Below are positions 63,120 to 64,000 of a stretch of DNA of 64,000 nucleotides, piece after piece (the first letter of the stretch is position 1; every line of letters begins with the position of its first letter). A program made the translations under genes and the position numbers. The stretch is from Alphaproteobacteria bacterium (GTDB lineage: Bacteria > Pseudomonadota > Alphaproteobacteria > Bin95), in assembly GCA_965205265.1 (NCBI GenBank), contig CBDBGH010000003.1:160001-224000 (forward strand), read 5' to 3'. The notes under the pieces are model-generated. The model did not search any database. It saw nothing but the letters and a program-made list of their open reading frames with translations, and was not told the origin of the DNA.

Positions 63120-63197
63120 CGGGGCAAAATCCTATTGTGTTGAACCAGTACCGGCGAGACGGCTCGGCCGTTTCCCCGAACGAAGCGCCCCCCAACC

Positions 63198-63301
63198 GTC
63201 ACCCCGGACGTCGCGCCAGCGGCGATCCGGGGTCCATCTCCCGACTGTCCAACCAGATTTCGACAGGCAGGGCTGGGCCCCGGCTCGGAGGCCGGGGCGA
63301 C
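63198..63301. repeat. REP-like paired palindrome (variant)
   Basis: gtcaccccgga...tccggggtcca and tgggccccggctcggaggccggggcgac; related to 5276-5404. Confidence 0.65.
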
Positions 63302-63348
63302 GCTGTTGGCGAACTTTCCGTTCCGTTGCAAGACGGCGGGACACTGCA

Positions 63349-63948
63349 CTAGGCGAGCGCCTCCTCGATCCGTTCGCGCAACATGCCGAGGCGGTCCCCG
63401 CCCCAGAACAATTCGTCCCTGAAGAGATAGCTCGGCACGCCGAATATGCCGGCCTCCTCCGCCTCCTTCTGGTTGGCGTCGTGGCGCCGGCGGCCCTCGC
63501 CTTCCGCCCATTCCGGGAAACCGGCGGCCGGGACGCCCGCTTCCTCCAGCACCGAGGCGATGACGGCGGGGTCCTCGATTTCGAGCTCGCGCTTCCAGAA
63601 GCGCTCGAACACGCGGTCGATATAGGGCTCGAACCGCCCGTGGTCCTGCGCGCGCAGCATGCCGATATGGGCGACGGAGCTGTCGAAGATCTTCTGCGGG
63701 CCGCGCACCGTCAGCCCGACCTGGTTGGCGAGCCGGCGCGCGTCCATGTAGCTGTAGAGCACGCGGCGCCACTGGTGCGGGTTGCGCGTCTCCACCGCGC
63801 CCAGGAAATCCGGAATCTCCAGCGTGTAGGGTTTCCAGACCGGGACGATGCCGAACTCCGCCGCCAGCGCCCGCGTCGGCGCGATAGCGAGATAGGCGTA
63901 GGGGCTCTTGACGTCGATATAGACGGTCAGCGCGGGGGCATCGGTCAT
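63349..63948 (-). CDS. DsbA-fold / 2-hydroxychromene-2-carboxylate isomerase family (kappa-GST-like)
   Basis: YIDVKSPYAYLA, YMDARRLA, GIFGVPSY..ELFWGGDRL. Confidence 0.85.
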   Translation of the reverse strand: MTDAPALTVYIDVKSPYAYLAIAPTRALAAEFGIVPVWKPYTLEIPDFLGAVETRNPHQWRRVLYSYMDARRLANQVGLTVRGPQKIFDSSVAHIGMLRAQDHGRFEPYIDRVFERFWKRELEIEDPAVIASVLEEAGVPAAGFPEWAEGEGRRRHDANQKEAEEAGIFGVPSYLFRDELFWGGDRLGMLRERIEEALA

Positions 63949-64000
63949 GGGGCCGTAAAGTCCGTCGTCCTTGAACGCGGCGCGGTTTGCGAACAGACTG

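Noticed and set aside
61831-63195. 454-aa ORF as a large BrnA fusion
   Set aside because: The N-terminal part is an alternate frame of the DMT gene; only the last ~86 aa are BrnA-like
63945-64000. 3' end of a gene upstream of the DsbA-family gene
   Set aside because: Too short to establish frame or identity

Overview
GC-rich alphaproteobacterial chromosome segment, judged from gene order (trpG-trpD-trpC-moaC-moeA-lexA-comEC-gltX-gltA, glnD-murJ, ilvB-ilvN-ilvC, yejABEF) and GTTC-N7-GTTC SOS boxes. It is mostly housekeeping, transport and catabolic genes, interrupted by small accessory patches. Main observations: (1) a dispersed non-coding element in four copies (about 5510-5815, 5820-6215, 47205-47603, 59952-60464). 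It consists of a sigma70-like promoter (three copies), a ~140-nt multi-stem core with a conserved GCAATCAG loop, an RBS with a short ORF (one resembles a terminase small subunit N-terminus), and ATGACA boxes spaced 10 bp apart. The tandem pair sits between ~106-bp direct repeats of the yejF 3' end. (2) A full-length ATP-dependent DNA ligase homologue in the Lhr/PdeM/exonuclease cluster that has lost nearly all catalytic motifs. (3) A transposase-derived HTH-only gene behind a perfect SOS box. (4) Several orphan antitoxins, REP-like palindromes, an IS1595 relic and a probable frameshift in an LLM oxidoreductase. No CRISPR array, rRNA or intact integrase was seen. All family assignments are by eye from motifs; no searches were run.
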